64,000 nucleotides of DNA from NCBI GenBank assembly GCA_964106645.2, contig OZ067045.1; one strand, 5' to 3'. The position numbers and the translations under genes are program-made. Within the stretch, counting starts at the first letter, position 1; every line of letters starts with the position of its first letter. Positions 23,007 to 36,489 of the stretch are shown here, piece by piece. The stretch comes from Podarcis pityusensis. Taxonomy: Eukaryota. The notes beneath the pieces are model-generated. The model was not told the DNA's origin. It ran no database searches and worked only from the letters and a program-made list of their open reading frames with translations.

Positions 23007-24407
23007 ATTTCCACCCCACCCCACTGCCCAGGGTTAAAAGAAGGAAGAGAGAAGTGGTGAGATTTCTGGAAGCAGTAAAATGGCACGACATCCCACAGTT
23101 GTTCCAAGAGACCTTGGAAGGGGAAAGGGCACATCCTTAGTCCCCTTGCACAAATCCAGCCCAGGGCCCCATGCTGTTTGTGGTGAGCCATGACAGCTCA
23201 AAGGAGTTTTAAGGCTATAACCCAACATACACAGGCAGCTCAAGAGGAAGTTTTAGCAGGGCTTATTTCTGAGTAAACGTGAATGAGGTTGGCTTGGGAA
23301 TCTGTAGCACAGATGTTTCTGTTACTCCAACAATGAAGAACAGTGCAGCTGAAAAGTGTGTACTGTGCAGGTGGGTTGAAGAATTCAGTATTCAGAATGG
23401 CGTCCCCTTTGTTGTATGCTACCCTCTTTAGTTTTAGAAGGGAAACAGAAATGCCCCTCAACCCTGATGCTGTTCTCCCCTAAATATTTCTCTGTTGTTT
23501 TTCTGAAAAGAAACAAACACCAAAAAATTGAGGGAGAAAGGAAGTTCCCATCAGCTTGTAGAAACTGCCAATTTTGTGAAGATGCAAGAACAAATAAGGC
23601 ATTCATTGTTTAGGCTACTCATTTGAAGAAAATAAGGATCCAGTAAGCAGGGAGGGAAAGGCATTTGTAAACCAGAAGGAACAAGGTCCTTTTATTTCTC
23701 AAGCTACCGATGCGCAAGAGCCCAAGAAAGCAGCCGCTAACTGCAAGCTGGCAACTTTGGCTCCAATTTGGACAGTAGTATTCCCTTAACACGCCACCCC
23801 TAGCTCCACCTTGTCAACACTGATTGGAAGCCATCAAGCAGGGACCTGGACCTGGTTCGATTTCTCACAGCTCTGAAGTCTGTTGAATACGCACAAGTGG
23901 AATTATAAAGGAGTTCAACTGTCTCCATTACGTCTACTGAAAGGAAAGGTAGAACTTAGAAGCAGGCTGAAGAAATGCGCATTAGCAGAAACAAGCATCA
24001 ACCTTTACAAAACGCAAACAGCAAAGAAGAGTGCTTTCGTGATTCCTCTTGCCAATAATCTATACATTCCCTTGCCAACTGAGTGCCAAGGAAATTAATC
24101 CCAGCTGGTGTTATTAAGATATGGGGAACTGCACACAGGCATAACAACAGAGCAAAATGGCATCAGTTTAAGGAAAAGACAAGACAGTTTCCCAAGTGGG
24201 AAGACTTCAGGATCTGACTAGCCCAGTGCCTTGATAGTCAACTCCACAAACAGCTGACAACCTACTACTGTCAAGTTATGAACCTTCTGCCACTAAAATA
24301 CAGTATTAAGGCAGCCAGCTGGTAAAATGCCTGAAAAATTCTACACTGAATGTGGCCAGTGCCAATGTTTTGCTGAAGCTCTGGGACAGCAGGCAGAAAA
24401 AGGGAGT

Positions 24408-24435
24408 TAACCCTAACCCTAACCCTAACCCTAAC
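24408..24435. repeat. Short interstitial telomeric repeat (TAACCC)4-TAAC
   Basis: taaccctaaccctaaccctaaccctaac read directly. Confidence 0.85.
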
Positions 24436-25319
24436 ACACAAATGATGAAACCCAGTCTGCTTTTGGATAGTATGAATAAACACTGAGCTTCTAACAGTTT
24501 CTGGTGTCTGCAAAGTCCAGGTCATTTAATACCTTAATGGGTCGATATTCACTATCACATTTACTGAAGTAAGAACAAAAGGAGGGTCTTGCTGGATCAG
24601 AACCAATGCCCCTCCAATCCTGCATTATTTCCAGAAGCTTTCAGATAGACTTCCCTAGGAAGCTGAAAAGCAGAGGCTCTGGATATTAGGAAATCATTCA
24701 TATTATGATACAACCTACACCCTGCCCAAATCTCCTCCTCAGCATAATTATTACAGGTAGCCATGCAGTGGAGAGGGAGCACACCTCCAGGAATTTTCAG
24801 TACAGGAGCAATAACATCTGCTGGACCTTTGCCTTGGCAAGTGAATGAAGTAATAACAAGGCTTTCAAGTTTTGAAATTGTTTGTGAAGATTAGCATAAA
24901 GGAAGTTGGAGAAAAAAGAAAATAATCAACTAGAGGGTGGATGCTGCTTGACTTTTCTTTGCTGATGTTCCTATTTCATTCTAGCACTTTTTGTTTGCAA
25001 CATTTTTACAAAATGGTTTGAATTCCTATGGTTTGTTTCCTCCAGAGATGCCATGTTCAGTCAGCATGCTAAGCTAAACTACAGCTTAGCTCATGCTTGA
25101 TTTTTATCTTAAATTATATTCTTTGGGCAGAAACAAGCAATTAATAGAGATTCAGAAACACATCTTTGTCTTAAGCCGTGTTAGAAACTGGGATAGAAAA
25201 GCTAGGAGCCAAAACAGAATGTCTAGGTGCCATTTGGGGTTGGCAACACTTTTTATTTATTATTTTGATAAGCATGAACTAATGCACAATTCACATAAGT
25301 GACAAATTGTGTGAACAAA

Positions 25320-25419
25320 CACCGGCTCCCTCGGCCTGAAAGTGAGATGAGCGCCACAACCCCATAGTCGCCTTTGACTGGACTTAACTGTCCCTGGGTC
25401 CGATACGTTTTACCTTTTA
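25320..25419 (+). mobile_element. Sauria SINE 3' fragment
   Basis: caccggctccctcggcc...gagatgagcgccacaacccc...gactggacttaa...ttttacctttta; near-identical to 58324-58417. Confidence 0.75.
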
Positions 25420-27362
25420 ACATAAATTGTTAATACGTATTTAATTTGGTATTTACAATAAAAAATATTGGTACCATACTTCAGATTTCAAAACACTCTA
25501 CTCTTTATTGTTAACCTCCTTAACATATTGTCTGTCTTTAACATATACTTTTAGGCTTCAAAGCACATAAATTTCCGTAATCCTTGAGTGTCAGCCAGGC
25601 ACAAAAAATGGCACCCAGACTTTTTGAGGTGCTCGCAAATGGAGAATCTTTAGGCACAAAATGTGCCTGCCCTTCCAGTTTCGAACCCTGGTCTTAAGGT
25701 ACAAAAAGTCTTACACTTGCAAAATACGTGATCAAAAGCCATGCAGAGTACAGAGCCGAGAAACACAGAGTTAATGAGAACGATACAATATAATTGGCAG
25801 CGAAAGCTTTAAAATTAGAAGCAAAACAGGGAATCCCTCAAGACAGCAAATGCGTAGCAAAAAGGTTGCATTAAAAAATATATTCAAGGTGTTGCACAGC
25901 AATTAAAAACTATACAATAACCTAACTTTGTGCAAAGCATTAAAAAAACACCAAGCAAAACAAACCTAAGCAGAAGGAGCTACCTAAAAGCACGGGAAAT
26001 TACACTAACATTTTAAGCAGCAAAGAAAAATGTTTTAGCAAGATGAGGGACCAACCAAAATACTCTAAAAGATACTCCACAGAGTTGGTGCCACTGCTGA
26101 AGGTCTTCACTGAGCCTTCCCTAGAATCGCTTGTTCCTTGAGAGCATTTCTTTCTGCCAGCAACTTGCACCCCCCCCCCCCGGTATTCTTCCATTTTAGT
26201 GACTAATATTGCACTGGCAAAACCAATTTAGTAAACAAGGAGACAAAGGTCACAGCTCTATGTTTTAAGACTGTGGGGAGAATAGCCTGGCTTGTGACCA
26301 GGTGAAGATGCCTGAGCACCACAATGGCACCTGTCATCTCCACTACCTAGAGATGCAGGCCTGGGAATCATTGAATCTTGACTGTTTCACACACTAATAC
26401 CACATCGTGTAGAATTCTGTCGGTTACATTTTATCTGCACAATCAGAATGAATTTCAGGAACAGATGCTTTTTCTGTGCGGCCTGAGCAGGAGCAGGGAA
26501 CAATGTTACTGTATAGTTAGTTGTTGTTGCAGTTTGTCTCCCCTTACCCCACCCCACTGCCCTGCTCACAGTTGTGAAGAATATTCTTATGTTATGAATG
26601 GTCTGTGTCACCATTAAGAAAAGAGGTTGGAATATGTGGACTGTCCCTGGATAAGGTGACTTTTCTTCCCAAAGTCATTTCTTCTAAAAGCCTTAGCTCA
26701 AGGTTGTCATCTGAACTAGCCAGATGTTTAACTGAGAATCAGTCCATCATTTGAAAAATAAGACTTTAGAGCTGCCTTACCCAAAAATGGCAACTAGACA
26801 TTCCGTTCTGGTGACTGCAGCCCTGGTTTCAGGAGCTATTTGGCAACGTTCCTAACACTGCTCTTGTGTTGTCATGGGCGTCTGATGCTAGCTTTTTTGG
26901 TTTTAAAATACCAGTTTACAAAAGCAGCAACGGAGACTGGCACATCAGTCAGCAAGCCCAGCACCAGAAAAGCATTATGATCGCTGAAGGTGGCTTTACT
27001 GCTTGGAAGCTCACTTTTAAAGTCATCTCTGATCTTGAAAATAAACATGAGCCACACAGTAACTTCTTCAATATACAGCTCTGGTATGAACAGAACTTTG
27101 TAACCAACACAACTTGGCTTTGAAACATAGTTCGTTTCACATCTAATTTTGCCTGCACTCCATAATATTTTTCGGCACATCAGACACTCTAAATATTAAT
27201 CCTCACAGGATTTCATTATCATACTATGAATTGCCTCACCTTTCACTGCTTTATTTTCAGAAAGGATAACATCAACAGGAGAAGAATTTAAAAGGCAATT
27301 ATTTCTGGTGTAATGAAGCCCTAGAGGCCACCTGCAGGCAATTAGAGGAAAATAAGCCTTAC

Positions 27363-27481
27363 CACCCTGTTCCAGAGAGCGCCCTGCTTGCTCTGAATAT
27401 CTGGAGTGAGACGAACAAACTGGGTCATCACCATCGCATTGCCCATAAGTTCCCACAGAGAGGAGCTGGCTGATCCTACAC
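27363..27481 (-). CDS. LMAN2L: LMAN2L exon 2
   Basis: tttttcag|(G)VGSASSSLWELMGNAMVMTQFVRLTPDIQSKQGALWNRV|gtaagg. 119 nt. Confidence 0.96.
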
Positions 27482-28539
27482 CTGAAAAAGTGAGGAGCAG
27501 AGCATTTAAGCCCTAATCCTAAAAACAGCTATTTCATCACAGCTTAGTACAACCAAGAAACAAAAGCAACAATGAATCTGCAACTGAAAGGATACAGAGA
27601 CAGCACCCAACTTGTTTTCTCAGTGACTGGGGACAGCACATCATTATGTTTTCCCATACAGGTGAATGGTTGACAGTCACTTCTACTGGGAGAAGTGCAT
27701 TAATTCACTTGAGGGCAATTAACCCAGCAAGAGTAAGAATGTTGCTTGCCCCAATCTGGTGGCCCAGGCCTTGCTGGTAGAGATGCTACAGAACGTGCCA
27801 TGAGGCTCTGTGCACAGAAATACACTGCAACCACCACCAATGTGCCCCAATCATACCAACATAAAAGCCCACCCAGTCACAGGGAGAGGCACTCTGCTGG
27901 TCAGTTTATTTTTTGTATTATTTATTAAATCTGTATACCACCCTTCATCTGTAGATCTCAGGGCAGTTCAGAGCACAAAAATACAAGCCAAAAACACAAA
28001 ATACATTAACAAAAGCAAGAACAAGAGTTCACTGCATACAGGCAGAACTTCAATCACACCCAAAATTTCTGAAGGGATTTGCACAAGGAAGAAGGCTTCA
28101 CTTGTTGTATTCTTAACTTAAATATAGCTACAACACCCTCCTTTCCATCTAGTCTCATAGGCACGCAAACGTTGGGGTGCACAGCCTACTCCACAAGGGG
28201 CTGCTACTCACCCCCCCCCCCTGCATTGGATAGTTGCACAGAGCAGAAGCGGAGCAGCTTTGCATTCCCACTAGGTGCCTTTCAGAGGAAAGGTTTCCCC
28301 CTGTTGGATTTCTTATGTGCCAGAGGCTGCTCATGGCAAAGGGGCAGCCCCAACTTTTCCTTCCATGAGCCACCCTTGGGCCTAGGGACAATCTCTCCCT
28401 CCCCAAAGCGGGGCATCACCTCCTCCCCCAAGCAGCACCACAGCTGGCCAACACCCCACAGGTGAAGCACTTTCTGCACAGAAATGCACCATTCAGCCTT
28501 CAGTGCCTACATCGCTTTTGAGCAGCTGCCTTGCAGACA

Positions 28540-29170
28540 GACATCCAACGGGGGAAGCGCCCCCCTGTGATAAGGGAGCCTGTCCCGGTGACAGCGCCGG
28601 TGGGCTTGCGGAAGCTGCACCGGGAGGATTCCTGCCTGCCTGCCGTGAGGAGGGCGCAGCTCACCCTGGTAAGGCTTGGTGAGGGAGTGCTCCCGCTTCA
28701 GGTGCTCCTCCATCTGCTCGGCCCGGGACCCCGGAAGCAGCAGCAGGAGGAGGAGGAGCAGCCCTGCGGGGCCCCGGCCGCCTCTCCGCCGTCGCCCCGC
28801 CGCCGCCGCTGCCGCCGCCGCCATCTTGGCCCGTCCTCCGGCCCCGGCGGGCTCTTTAAGCACAGCCCCGCCCCGCGTCTCCTCCCACGGCCAGAAACGG
28901 ACGCCGCTTTCATTGGTTCTCCCTTTAGGTGCCGCCCACTTCCGCGTCGTGCGCGCCAGTCTGTTGGCTGCAGTGCACGCCCGTTTCCTTAACCGGCAGA
29001 GACGAGGAGGTTCTCGGCAGCTTCGCCGGAGGCTTTATCCGCGGAGGAGTCTGGGAAATGTAGTCTGTGGCTCCTGCTGAGGCTTCCGGGAAGGATGCTC
29101 AGCGCGGTCTGGTCGGGCTTCTGCTCCGCTGGATGGCCCCAGAGGTTTTTCATGGGCAGGTCCCCGCCAT
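28540..29170 (-). promoter_or_regulatory. LMAN2L: LMAN2L CpG-island promoter
   Basis: High CpG density. GC box near 28866-28876, CCAAT (ATTGG at 28912-28916), ETS-like GCGGAAGTG near 28938, ZNF143/THAP11-type GACTACATTTCCCA at 29052-29065, and a YY1 motif AAGATGGCGG over the start codon. Confidence 0.8.
28665..28824 (-). CDS. LMAN2L: LMAN2L exon 1 coding part (signal peptide)
   Basis: aagATGG Kozak start, then M-A8-GRRRRGGRGPAG-L9-PGSRAEQMEEHLKREHSLTKPYQ G|gtgagc. 160 nt. KREHSLxKPYQG is diagnostic of VIP36/VIPL. Confidence 0.95.
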
Positions 29171-30530
29171 GCAGTTCAAGCGACTTCGATGCACATTTAA
29201 AGTACAAGGCTTCCCCATCCCCCCCCCGCCAGAATCCTGGGAGCTGCAGTTTGGGCTGGGAATTGTAGCTCCGCGAGGAAGAACTTGCAGTGCCCAGGCT
29301 CCTGGCGGGGAAGGCACGTGCTCTCAAGGTGCTTTCAGTGTATGAAGTGCGCTGCTCCTTAGAAATTGCTCTGTAACGACCAGGTAGAGGACTTTTATCT
29401 CTTGAGCAGACGTGGGTAGAAAGTTGCAGGGTGCAGTAGATCACTTCCCGTGGCTTGCCGGACCAGATCTCGCCCACAGGCATTAAGTTACCCCCAGGCC
29501 AGCCCTGCTGGACCCAGTTCTTTGGTGCCAGCCTTCCTTCTCCTAGCCTGTGTTGCTATTTCTCTTCGTCTTTTGAAATGAGCCATCTTTCTCTGAAAAT
29601 CGATAGTGACTCTCTTGGTGTTCAGTAAGGGCCCACTGCGGTTAAGTGCTTGCACTGACAAAAACCATGAAATTATTTTTCAATATCCAATTAATGCTGG
29701 CAGGAAGTCAAGGCCAAAAGCACTGCACCGACTGCCAATATGCTACCAAGCCCATTTCAGTACCGATAATCAAAAGTACTGGTTTTAGTACTGCTATACA
29801 ACAACCTAAACAACTTGGGAATCTGAGACACATCAGCTTGAATGTTAACATGGGCTAGGAAGATGGGCTCCCACCTGTGACAGACGTGGGCAGCCCAGCG
29901 GAGAGTCTTCTTGGTGGTTGCATCCCAGCTCTAGCTCACCATCCCTCTGAGATTCACCAACACAATTGAATTGTCACTGCCAGGTGAAGACTGGGTCATA
30001 TCTACACCAATACCCTTCTACCACTTTAATAGTCTTGGCCTCCTCCAAAGAGTTGTGGGAACCGTAGCTTACTTCTCCCAGCACCCTTCACATAGTAATT
30101 TATACTTTCCACACCAATTTTTCCGTCAATAAACCCCTGTGGATTTGCCTGCATGTCAAAAAGAGATGTGTGAACCAGTATATCCCAGGTCAGCGACTGA
30201 GCTGATCAGGAAGCTTCAGAAGTGCTTCAGAAGCCTGGCTGACTCCAACTAGGGCCCCATCCCCACCATGCATTTAAAGCACATTTATACCAATTTAACA
30301 GCCATGGTTTCCCTCAAAGAACCCTGGCACTTTCCTTGACCCCTCACAGAGCTTCAGGTCCCGGGATTATTCAAAGTCGGACATGATGTGTCACTGGTCT
30401 CATGCTGTGGAATACTCTTCCATAAATGATTCTGCACACATCCTAACTACTAATTTCTTTCTTCTTTTTAAAAATGTATTTATCATTGTCATTTTACAAT
30501 TAAAACAATAGATAATAATCCGAATACCAC

Positions 30531-30577
30531 TAGGGTTGCCAGGATGTGTGGGGAATTCCAGATATATGGCAACCCTA
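30531..30577. mobile_element. 47-bp minimal MITE with 11-bp TIR
   Basis: TAGGGTTGCCA ... TGGCAACCCTA are perfect inverted termini. Confidence 0.6.
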
Positions 30578-30669
30578 AAATACACATTTAGTTTCAACCT
30601 CCCCCCACCTTTTCCATGGTTTGCTTCATTATTTTCTCTTCCACTACATAGTCTAATTAATCTTTTCAT

Positions 30670-30960
30670 TTTCTCTCTTTCTTATATAAATTTATTTAAT
30701 TTTCAAATTTACGAACAGTCATCAAGCAAACAAAACAAAGGAAGAGTTCCATCAATTCCCCTGCCCCCCCCCACCTTGTGGGTCCTTAGGTTAACCTTTT
30801 TCTCCTGCATCTTCTCTGTTGATCCAATTCTATTAAATCTCCATTACAACATAGTCCAACATTTAACTATAAGTGTCATTCCAATCCTACTAATAATTTT
30901 ATTTGTTTACAATGATTTTTAAGGTAAATTATATATTTCCCCCATTTCTGAAGATGCAAC
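30670..30960 (-). mobile_element. L1-type LINE 3' end fragment
   Basis: The minus strand encodes QKWGKYIIYLK, resembling an L1 ORF2 C-terminus, followed by an A-rich 3'UTR. Boundaries approximate. Confidence 0.45.
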
Positions 30961-32977
30961 TCTTTACCCTGGCTTCTGACACTGGAGACGCACCGTAGTA
31001 TTTCTGTGACTGAAAGTTGTTTTAGACTGTTTTTAATAATGGGTTTTAGTTGTTGTAACCTGCCCTGGGACTGTCGGGTGAAGGATAGGTAATAAAGTAG
31101 CAACAAGAAGTTTTATTCTACCTGCCTATATTGTTGTAAACTGCCTTGATATTTTATAGGAGTGGGCAATGTGTGACTATGCTTATAACAAATATATACA
31201 TATTCCATAGATCAGGGTGGAGGGCTGCTTTCAGCCTGAGGGCCGCATTCCTAACCTTCCAGGGGCCGCACACCGGCAGTGGGCAGGCCAAGAGGCAAGA
31301 GCAGGTGAAGGAACTAAAGCAAATTTTACCTTTGTACAGTCATAGGCTCATTTCTCCACACACTCCTGTGCTCCTCTCCATCCCTATCCAGGCACCCAAG
31401 AAGTATTAGCCGACTTCCAGGACACATTCCAACCAGGTGCAAACACTCAAATCGGGTGTGAAGCAGGACGGGTAAGGCTGCAGCCTGGGGAAAGTCTCAA
31501 GGGCCGGATACAGAGATGCAGAAGGTCGCATTCTGCCCTTGTTGAACTTGGCTGGGTGGAGGAGGGGACGCAACTAGAATGAGTTGGTTCTGCCTGTCCC
31601 TGGCTCTGGCTCCCCCCACAGTGGGGCTCCCGGCCCTCCCTGCTACCAATCCCACCTGGTGCCACTGCCAATCAGACAAGTCAGAGATTCCTACACACAC
31701 ACCCCTCTCCATCCTCCATCTAAGCATGCAAGAGGGATTGTAATAGTTCAAGGGCAGGATCCAGCCAGGAAAAAGCATTGAAGAAGTGGGTGGCGCAGAG
31801 CCAGAGAGGAGCAAGGTCTGGGAAAAGGGGGCAAGGGCCACATTTTGCCCCTGAGCCTGAGATTTCCCACCCCTGCTGTGCAGGTTGCAAAATTCAGCAC
31901 TTTTTGATATGGGAGATTTCCTTCTTGTGACCCACTTGACTAATATAAAGAGGCTGCTTTAGTTACCGTGCCTGGATTTCCATTTGTTCTGCACCAGCTG
32001 AAGTGGCCTCATCAGAATGGTCTGCCCAATTGCTTTTTAAATAACTTATTGTATTCTACTGAGCTGTTAAAAAACCCACATGTTCCCCCAAGAAACTGGC
32101 TGCATTTCAGGCATAAAAGGGCAAACTCCTTCGTCAGTGTGCTCCGTCTAACAATCTGTAAAGCTTTTTTGAAATCTTGGGCAGGGGATGAAAGGCACTA
32201 TATAAATGCAAGATATTTATAGCCTTCCAAGCATTACTACCCAGGCAGATTGCCAGACAGACCTTGCTGGTTTGCTTTGTTGCCATAACATGAAGCCAGC
32301 AAGCAATGCTTTCTAGGGGGGCTGTTTCCTTGCCATGTTGCACTGCAAATTGCAAACCTCTGTGAAAACCACAAAAAGTCAAGTCAAGCCCTAAATAGAA
32401 AACCACCCATCTGCTTTGAGCATGTCCACAATGCAGATTTGCGATGATTTTTTAAATAGTTATCCCCTTTCCCCAGGGAAGTCTGACAGTGGAAAGTGCA
32501 TTTCTGTCACAGAGCTTAGGAATCTGTAACGGAGAATTCTCACTGACTGCAGTAAAACAACAATTCTCCAGATTCTGTAGAAGAAGCCATGACAGGGAAG
32601 TGAGCCTAAAAGCAGAAGGGCAAGGTCACATCCCTGCCATACATTCGGTACACTCTTATGCTACTTTAACAGTCATGGAGAATCCTGGGAACTGTTAAGG
32701 GTTCTGGGAAGTGCATCTCTTTGAGGCCAGCACTCTTAACAAACTGCAGTTCCCAGGATTTCCCATGGCTGTTAAAATGGTGCAAGGGTGCTTTAAATTT
32801 ACAGTGGGGATGTGATCCAGTTGGCAGTGTGGCTTCTCAGCTGTATGACACACAGATGTTGAGGATATGAAGCTTCCCACCTGTCACTATTGACACCCTG
32901 AGGAAATCTTCATTTCTTCAATTTCTGTGCGTTGAGCTGCCGCTAAAGGCACAGGACCAAAGGCAGTGATCAAGGGA

Positions 32978-33640
32978 CACAAGAAGAGCCCGCTGGATCA
33001 GGCCAAGGGCCCACCCTGTTCTCACAGCAGCCAGCCAGCTGTCTCTTGTGGGAAACCTGCAAGCAGGACCTGAGCACAAGGGCACCTCCCCGGCTGTGGT
33101 TTCAGAAGCATTGCTGTCTCCAACTGCGGAGACAGAGCAGAGCCATTATGGCTAGAAGCCATTGATTGCCCTTCCTGAATGAATTTGTCTAATCCTCTTT
33201 TAAAGGCATCCAAGTTGGTGGTTGTTGTTGCCTCCAGTGGGAATGAGTTCCGCAGTTTAACTATGCCCTGTGTGAAGAAGCTCTTCATTGTATCTGCCGT
33301 GAATCTTCCAATGTTCAGCTTCATTGGGTGTCCATGAATTCTAGTGTTGGGGGGGGGGACTTTTCTCTATTCCCTTATGCCATGCATAAGTTTATGAATT
33401 GCTATCATGATTCTTGCCTTTCCTGTATAAACTAAAATGTCCCAAGCACTGCAACCTTTTCTCACAAGGCAGTTGCTCCACAGCTGGTCATTTGGTTGCC
33501 CTTTTGGGAACCTTTTCCAACTCTGCAATACCCTTCTCAAAGTGAGGCGACCAGAACTGTACACAGTATTCCAAATGTGGCCAGACCATAAGAGTTGCAT
33601 AATGCCTTATGATATTGGCAGCTTTATTTTCAATTCCTTT
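32978..33640 (-). mobile_element. CR1 LINE 3' fragment
   Basis: Minus-strand peptides LMVWPHLEYCVQFWSPHFEKGIAELEKVPKRATK and FKRGLDKF, followed by a CR1 3'UTR (cctgatccagcgggctcttctt). Confidence 0.9.
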
Positions 33641-33957
33641 CCTAAGGACCAAGGGACCATGTGGCAAAGGGCAGGCTCTAAATATGCTGGATAAATTAAC
33701 AAACAAACAAAGTCCCAGGTATGCCTTTGACACATGAACTTTGCCCAATGCAGTGCTCTTTAGGGCCAAGGTATTTTGGAGAAGTCACACAGAAGTCCAC
33801 ATCAAAGACAGAATGAAGAGGTTGTTAATTAATGCTTACAAAGAGACCAAATTCTGGTTAAAAATGCAAGCAGTTCAGGTCATAAAAATGCAGCCCTGAA
33901 CTTAAAATTGTATGGAACAGTCATCCCTTGAGAGATTGTACCCCACACATAACCAGA

Positions 33958-33997
33958 CAACAACAACAACAACAACAACAATAATAATAATAATAAT
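33958..33997. repeat. Compound (CAA)n(TAA)n microsatellite
   Basis: Read directly. Confidence 0.85.
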
Positions 33998-35669
33998 CAG
34001 ACACATATTTTAACTGCCACTTAAAACCACTTTTGGCAGATTAATCCTACATTATTATTTTTTAATTCACCACATTGAAAACCACATTGGACAGGTATTG
34101 TTTGACTGAGAGTGTTCCTTTCTGGTATTTTCATTCTCCCCCATCAGATACCAGAATTTCCAGCTTGAGTTCTGCTAACAAAGCATTAATGAAGATCAAT
34201 GACAGCAGGGTTCTTCTGCATTAAATTCTAATATTTATGCATCTCCCTGCCATTATTGCCTTTTACCTTTTTAATGTGAGCCTAAATCTCCTGAATAATT
34301 AAAAGCCGGGCTAAAATAGATGTAAAAATGGTACCAAGTAAAGGCGAAGATCTTTTGGGGTCCTGGGCCCAAGAAAGGCCCTGTGGCATTTGGAAGGGTT
34401 GCCCACGGGGAGGGGCACTGGCCCCCAGAGGAGCATAGGTGGCCCAGCAGGACAGAGAGAATGAGGTGAAGGGATAATTTAGGGAAGAAACAGGCCTCTG
34501 GCCGTCCCAGCACAGCACAAACAAGGCAGAGAATGAGGCTCCTGCTGGTGCCCGTACCTTGAGCACTTGCAGGCCAAGCAGAAACCCAGCATGGTGCAAT
34601 TGTCCCTCATCAATGTGCCTGCAGGCTGATGGCAACGCTTTGCCTGTTGAATTTCACCTGCTTTGCCTGCAGGGTGATGTGGGGGTTTTCAGGCATAGGA
34701 GACCACACACAATGAGCTTCATGGCTAAGTAGGATTTGAACCCTGGTCTCCCAGGTCCTTGTCTGACAGACCAACCACCACACACTTGCTTTGGAATTAC
34801 AACCCCACAGTGGTTGGGACATCTGAAGGGCTCCAGCTCAGTCAGTCTACACTTACTGACAGCCGGTCACAAAGGTTTAGACAGGAGTAGCTCTCAGCTT
34901 TGCCTGGAGATACCAGGCTCAAACTTCGATTCTTCTGCATGCAGAGTGTGTGTGCTAAAGCCACGGCCCTTTTCTCTGCTACTCTCTTGTGCATCTTCCT
35001 CCCGCCCCCAGCTCCCCCTTATGGTGTGTTTATCAAATTTATACTCAGGATTCCATCCAAGATAAAGCTACTACAGTACAAAAAATATTCATGTACAGTA
35101 TGAAAGAAAATCACCAGGGTTTCTGCATTTTTTAAAATCACACTTTTTAATTTATTTCATGAAATTTTTAAAAAGTTGAGTACCCTTCTGGCTTCTTTTT
35201 GAAGCAGCCAGTGTTTACAAAGCAGTTCAAGTAGTAGCTGGAAAAAATACACTCAGTTTTTCCAACTGATTTCCTGTAAATTCTTCAGACCTTTCCACCA
35301 ATAGGGCACAAGTGCCAAAAAGAATATAGCAAAAGCACCTTCCTGGTGTAAGTAGGTTGGGAGTTTCAGTTTGGGTGCTGCCACACTAAAATATCTATAA
35401 AAGATATAGAGAGATATTTGTTTAATTCCAGAATTTCAATAATGGAACGAAAAGTATATGAAACAAGTCAATTCAATGACTAAAAGGGAGCTAAAAGGTG
35501 AAAAGGTACAAATGATAGAACAAGCATGTGCAAAGTGCCTTTCCCTCCAGAGCATCAGACTTAGAAGAAAAGGCCACCCTCTTAGGTCTGCATTCCTCTT
35601 CTCTTCTCCTGCTGATTCCAACTCTGATAGAAACATTGAGTACAACACCATACATTTAAAGCACATGAG

Positions 35670-36288
35670 TGTGATGCAGCAGCAAAATAAACCAATGCAA
35701 TTATTTGGCTGCATCTACAGAAGTCTAGTGTCCAGCTCAAGGGACGTAATAGTACTGCTCTCTTCTGCCTTGGTCAGAGCACACCTGAAGTATATGACCA
35801 ACTCTGGGCATCCCAAATTAAAAAGAATGTTGTGCAGAGCAGTGTGACCAAGATGATAAAGGCTTGGAAGCCATAGAATCATAGAATTGTAGAGTTGGAA
35901 GGGACTCCCAAGGGTCATCTAGTCCAACCCCCTGCAAAGTAGGACTCTTTTGCCCAACGTGGGGCTCAAACCCATGTGCGAAATGACAGCCATCTTCAAA
36001 TATCTAAAGGGCTGTCAAGTGGAAGGTGGAGAAAGCTCTTTTCCTGCTGCTCCAGAGGGTAGGACCCAAACCAGTGGCTTCAAATTGGAAAAGGAGGTTC
36101 CGCTAGATATAGGAAGAACTTTCGGAAGGTGAGGACTGCTCAGCAGTGGAAGAGATTCCCTGGGAAGGTGGGACTGGCCTTCCTTGGAACTTTTAGAACC
36201 GAGACTGGCTGGCCTGGGCTGCTTTAGCTGGGCTTCCTGCACTAGATGACCCTCGGGAGCCCCTTCCAAGTCTACAATTCTATGATTC
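35670..36288 (+). mobile_element. CR1 LINE 3' fragment with a nested inverted SINE
   Basis: RT C-terminus remnant (GCIYRSLVSSSRDVIVLLSSALVRAHLKY...AIFKYLKGC) and CR1 terminus actagatgaccc...cccttccaagtctacaattctatgattct. Confidence 0.85.
35873..35976 (-). mobile_element. 5'-truncated tRNA-Lys/CR1-tail SINE inside CR1
   Basis: Reverse complement reads catgggtttgagccccacgttgggcaaaag...gggggttggactagatgaccc...ccttccaactctacaattctatgattcta. Confidence 0.75.
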
Positions 36289-36489
36289 TCGCCCTCCCAA
36301 GGCTCGTGGCCGGGGGGCCAACTTGAATAAAATATTGGGGGGGGGGGGGCTGTAAGCCCCGCCCCGCATAACTGACCACATGATGCAATGCAGAGACACT
36401 ATTTGAATGGGAATGTCCACCAACTTTTGGGGGGGGGCGCGCCTCAAATATTTTATTGTGGGGGCCGAAGCCCCCCCCCCCCAGCCACG

